The position numbers and the translations under genes were made by a program. The notes beneath the pieces are model-generated. The model ran no database searches, had not been told where the DNA came from, and worked only from the letters and a program-made list of their open reading frames with translations. A stretch of DNA of 64,000 bases from Takakia lepidozioides (taxonomy: Eukaryota; Plantae; Bryophyta), in NCBI GenBank assembly GCA_030704615.1, contig CM060733.1:56110001-56174000 (forward strand), written 5' to 3'. This document shows, one piece after another, positions 62,801 through 64,000 of this stretch. Numbering within the stretch: the stretch's first letter is position 1; every line of letters starts with the position of its first letter.

Positions 62801-64000
62801 GAAAGCTTCCCTGAACTTGTTTCCAGTCTGTGACATGGGGGAGGACATCATGGATGACCTCAAGGGTTTACCCACTCTCGGCACTAGACTGAAATTCAAC
62901 CTCGGGTGCGGGAAGCCTACCTTTGAACAGCAAACAGATGCAGAGAGGAACAAGGGATTGCAAATGCCCGTTGTGTGGGCAACCTGAAGACAATATTCAT
63001 TTTCGATTCATTGTCCTGGGTACTCTCACCAGAGAGACCCCCTCTTCAAATCCAGATTTGTGCCTGTACCTCTGTTTACCAACTTTAAAAACGTCTAGGC
63101 TGAGCCAAAAGCCCAGGCCCTTTTGGGGCCTCGTTATTGGGCAAATCACACACAGCAGATTGATGCTTGTATAAAGGGATTTCTAGAGGATATCTGGAAA
63201 ACTCGCATCGATTGTCTTTCCCAAGGTAAGTCATACTACAGGCATTCGAGGTAGTATGGTGATGAAGAATGGTGCTTGATAGAGGTGTTACCATAGTGCT
63301 GCCATTCATGTCCGTCTCATGTACATATCTTTGTGCACTTTTCTGTCTGTCTCCTGCTACACTTGACAGGAGACAGACGGAGACGTCTGCTCTTGACAGA
63401 TTTTTGCTCTGTTATACTCCCAATATGGTCTCAAGTCCAATACGTTGTGCAAATTTGCATCAATAGGAAGGGTTGGCATAAAGTGACTTAGAGCTGGTTG
63501 TCACACATGGGCAGGCTGGAAAGGCTAATTGAGGATCCATCTGAGGGCAATGCGTGGCATGCGGACCACATTGTGGCTGTGGCTGATGGTGGAGGTAAAC
63601 CTTCTATCTCTAAGAACTTCCTAAAATTTGCTGGAAGGGATCCTGAACAACTTAAATCAGCTGGGACTCACTGGTATTTGGGGCTGTCTGAGTAGCACGG
63701 AGGACTTGAGGAATGTTTGTTCATAAATTACTTTGTATGCATGTCAGGGGAATGCAACCTGGAGAACATGCAAACCTTGTGTGTGGTGTGTCATGCTAAA
63801 GTGACAGCAGGACAGCAACGCCAACGGCGGTTAGAACGAAAGCAAGCTCATTGCCGTCTGCAAACCACTATCATGAAGCTTATTGAACATTCAAACCGTA
63901 TCAAGCGCCTAAGGCCATGTTTCTCTGAGGTTCATTGCTCTTTACCAGCTCCTTTGCTACTGTGTGATTTGTGGCTCATTCGCTCAACTGTGACTACACC
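53864..64000 (+). CDS. ZRANB3: ZRANB3/SMARCAL1-like SNF2 annealing helicase with C-terminal HNH endonuclease, multi-exon, probably continuing beyond the window
   Basis: LLPFQWEGV..LLADDMGVGKT (Walker A), IVDESH, LLSGTP, VIFAHH, RIDG, QAEDRAHRRGQ; HNH WHADHIVAVADGGG|ECNLENMQTLCVVCH. Confidence 0.93.
62740..63240 (+). mobile_element. LINE-like 3'-end fragment in a helicase intron
   Basis: Homologous to 16650-17030 and 51110-51330; remnant CKCPLCGQPEDNIHF zinc-knuckle-like motif typical of LINE ORF2 C-termini. Confidence 0.7.

Overview
Eukaryotic land-plant genomic DNA with spliceosomal introns and PPR/OSB gene fragments; a non-flowering lineage is inferred, not proven. Bases 1-36.4 kb are a nested transposon block and 39.4-64 kb holds four ordinary host genes: an EHD/RME-1 protein, a plant membrane protein, an SSUH2-like protein and a ZRANB3/SMARCAL1-like SNF2-HNH helicase. 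The main finding is a decayed Ty3/Gypsy retrotransposon on the minus strand (~8.7-29.9 kb). Its polyprotein reads Gag - protease - DNMT3-like C5 cytosine methyltransferase - RT - RNase H - integrase - PHD finger, so it encodes both a DNA-methylation writer and a histone reader. A complete 13.4-kb CACTA element (TIRs plus TAG target duplication) splits it, and removing that element restores the pol frame. This CACTA and a second, diverged CACTA both have a TnpA-like gene containing an FCP1/NIF-type HAD phosphatase domain. The first CACTA also carries captured OSB and PPR fragments. The first 5 kb holds two divergent, degenerate protein-kinase paralogs arranged as a large imperfect mirror around ~50-bp-periodic hairpin arrays and paired hairpin+CTAG ends. 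All family calls come from motif recognition by eye; no database searches were run.
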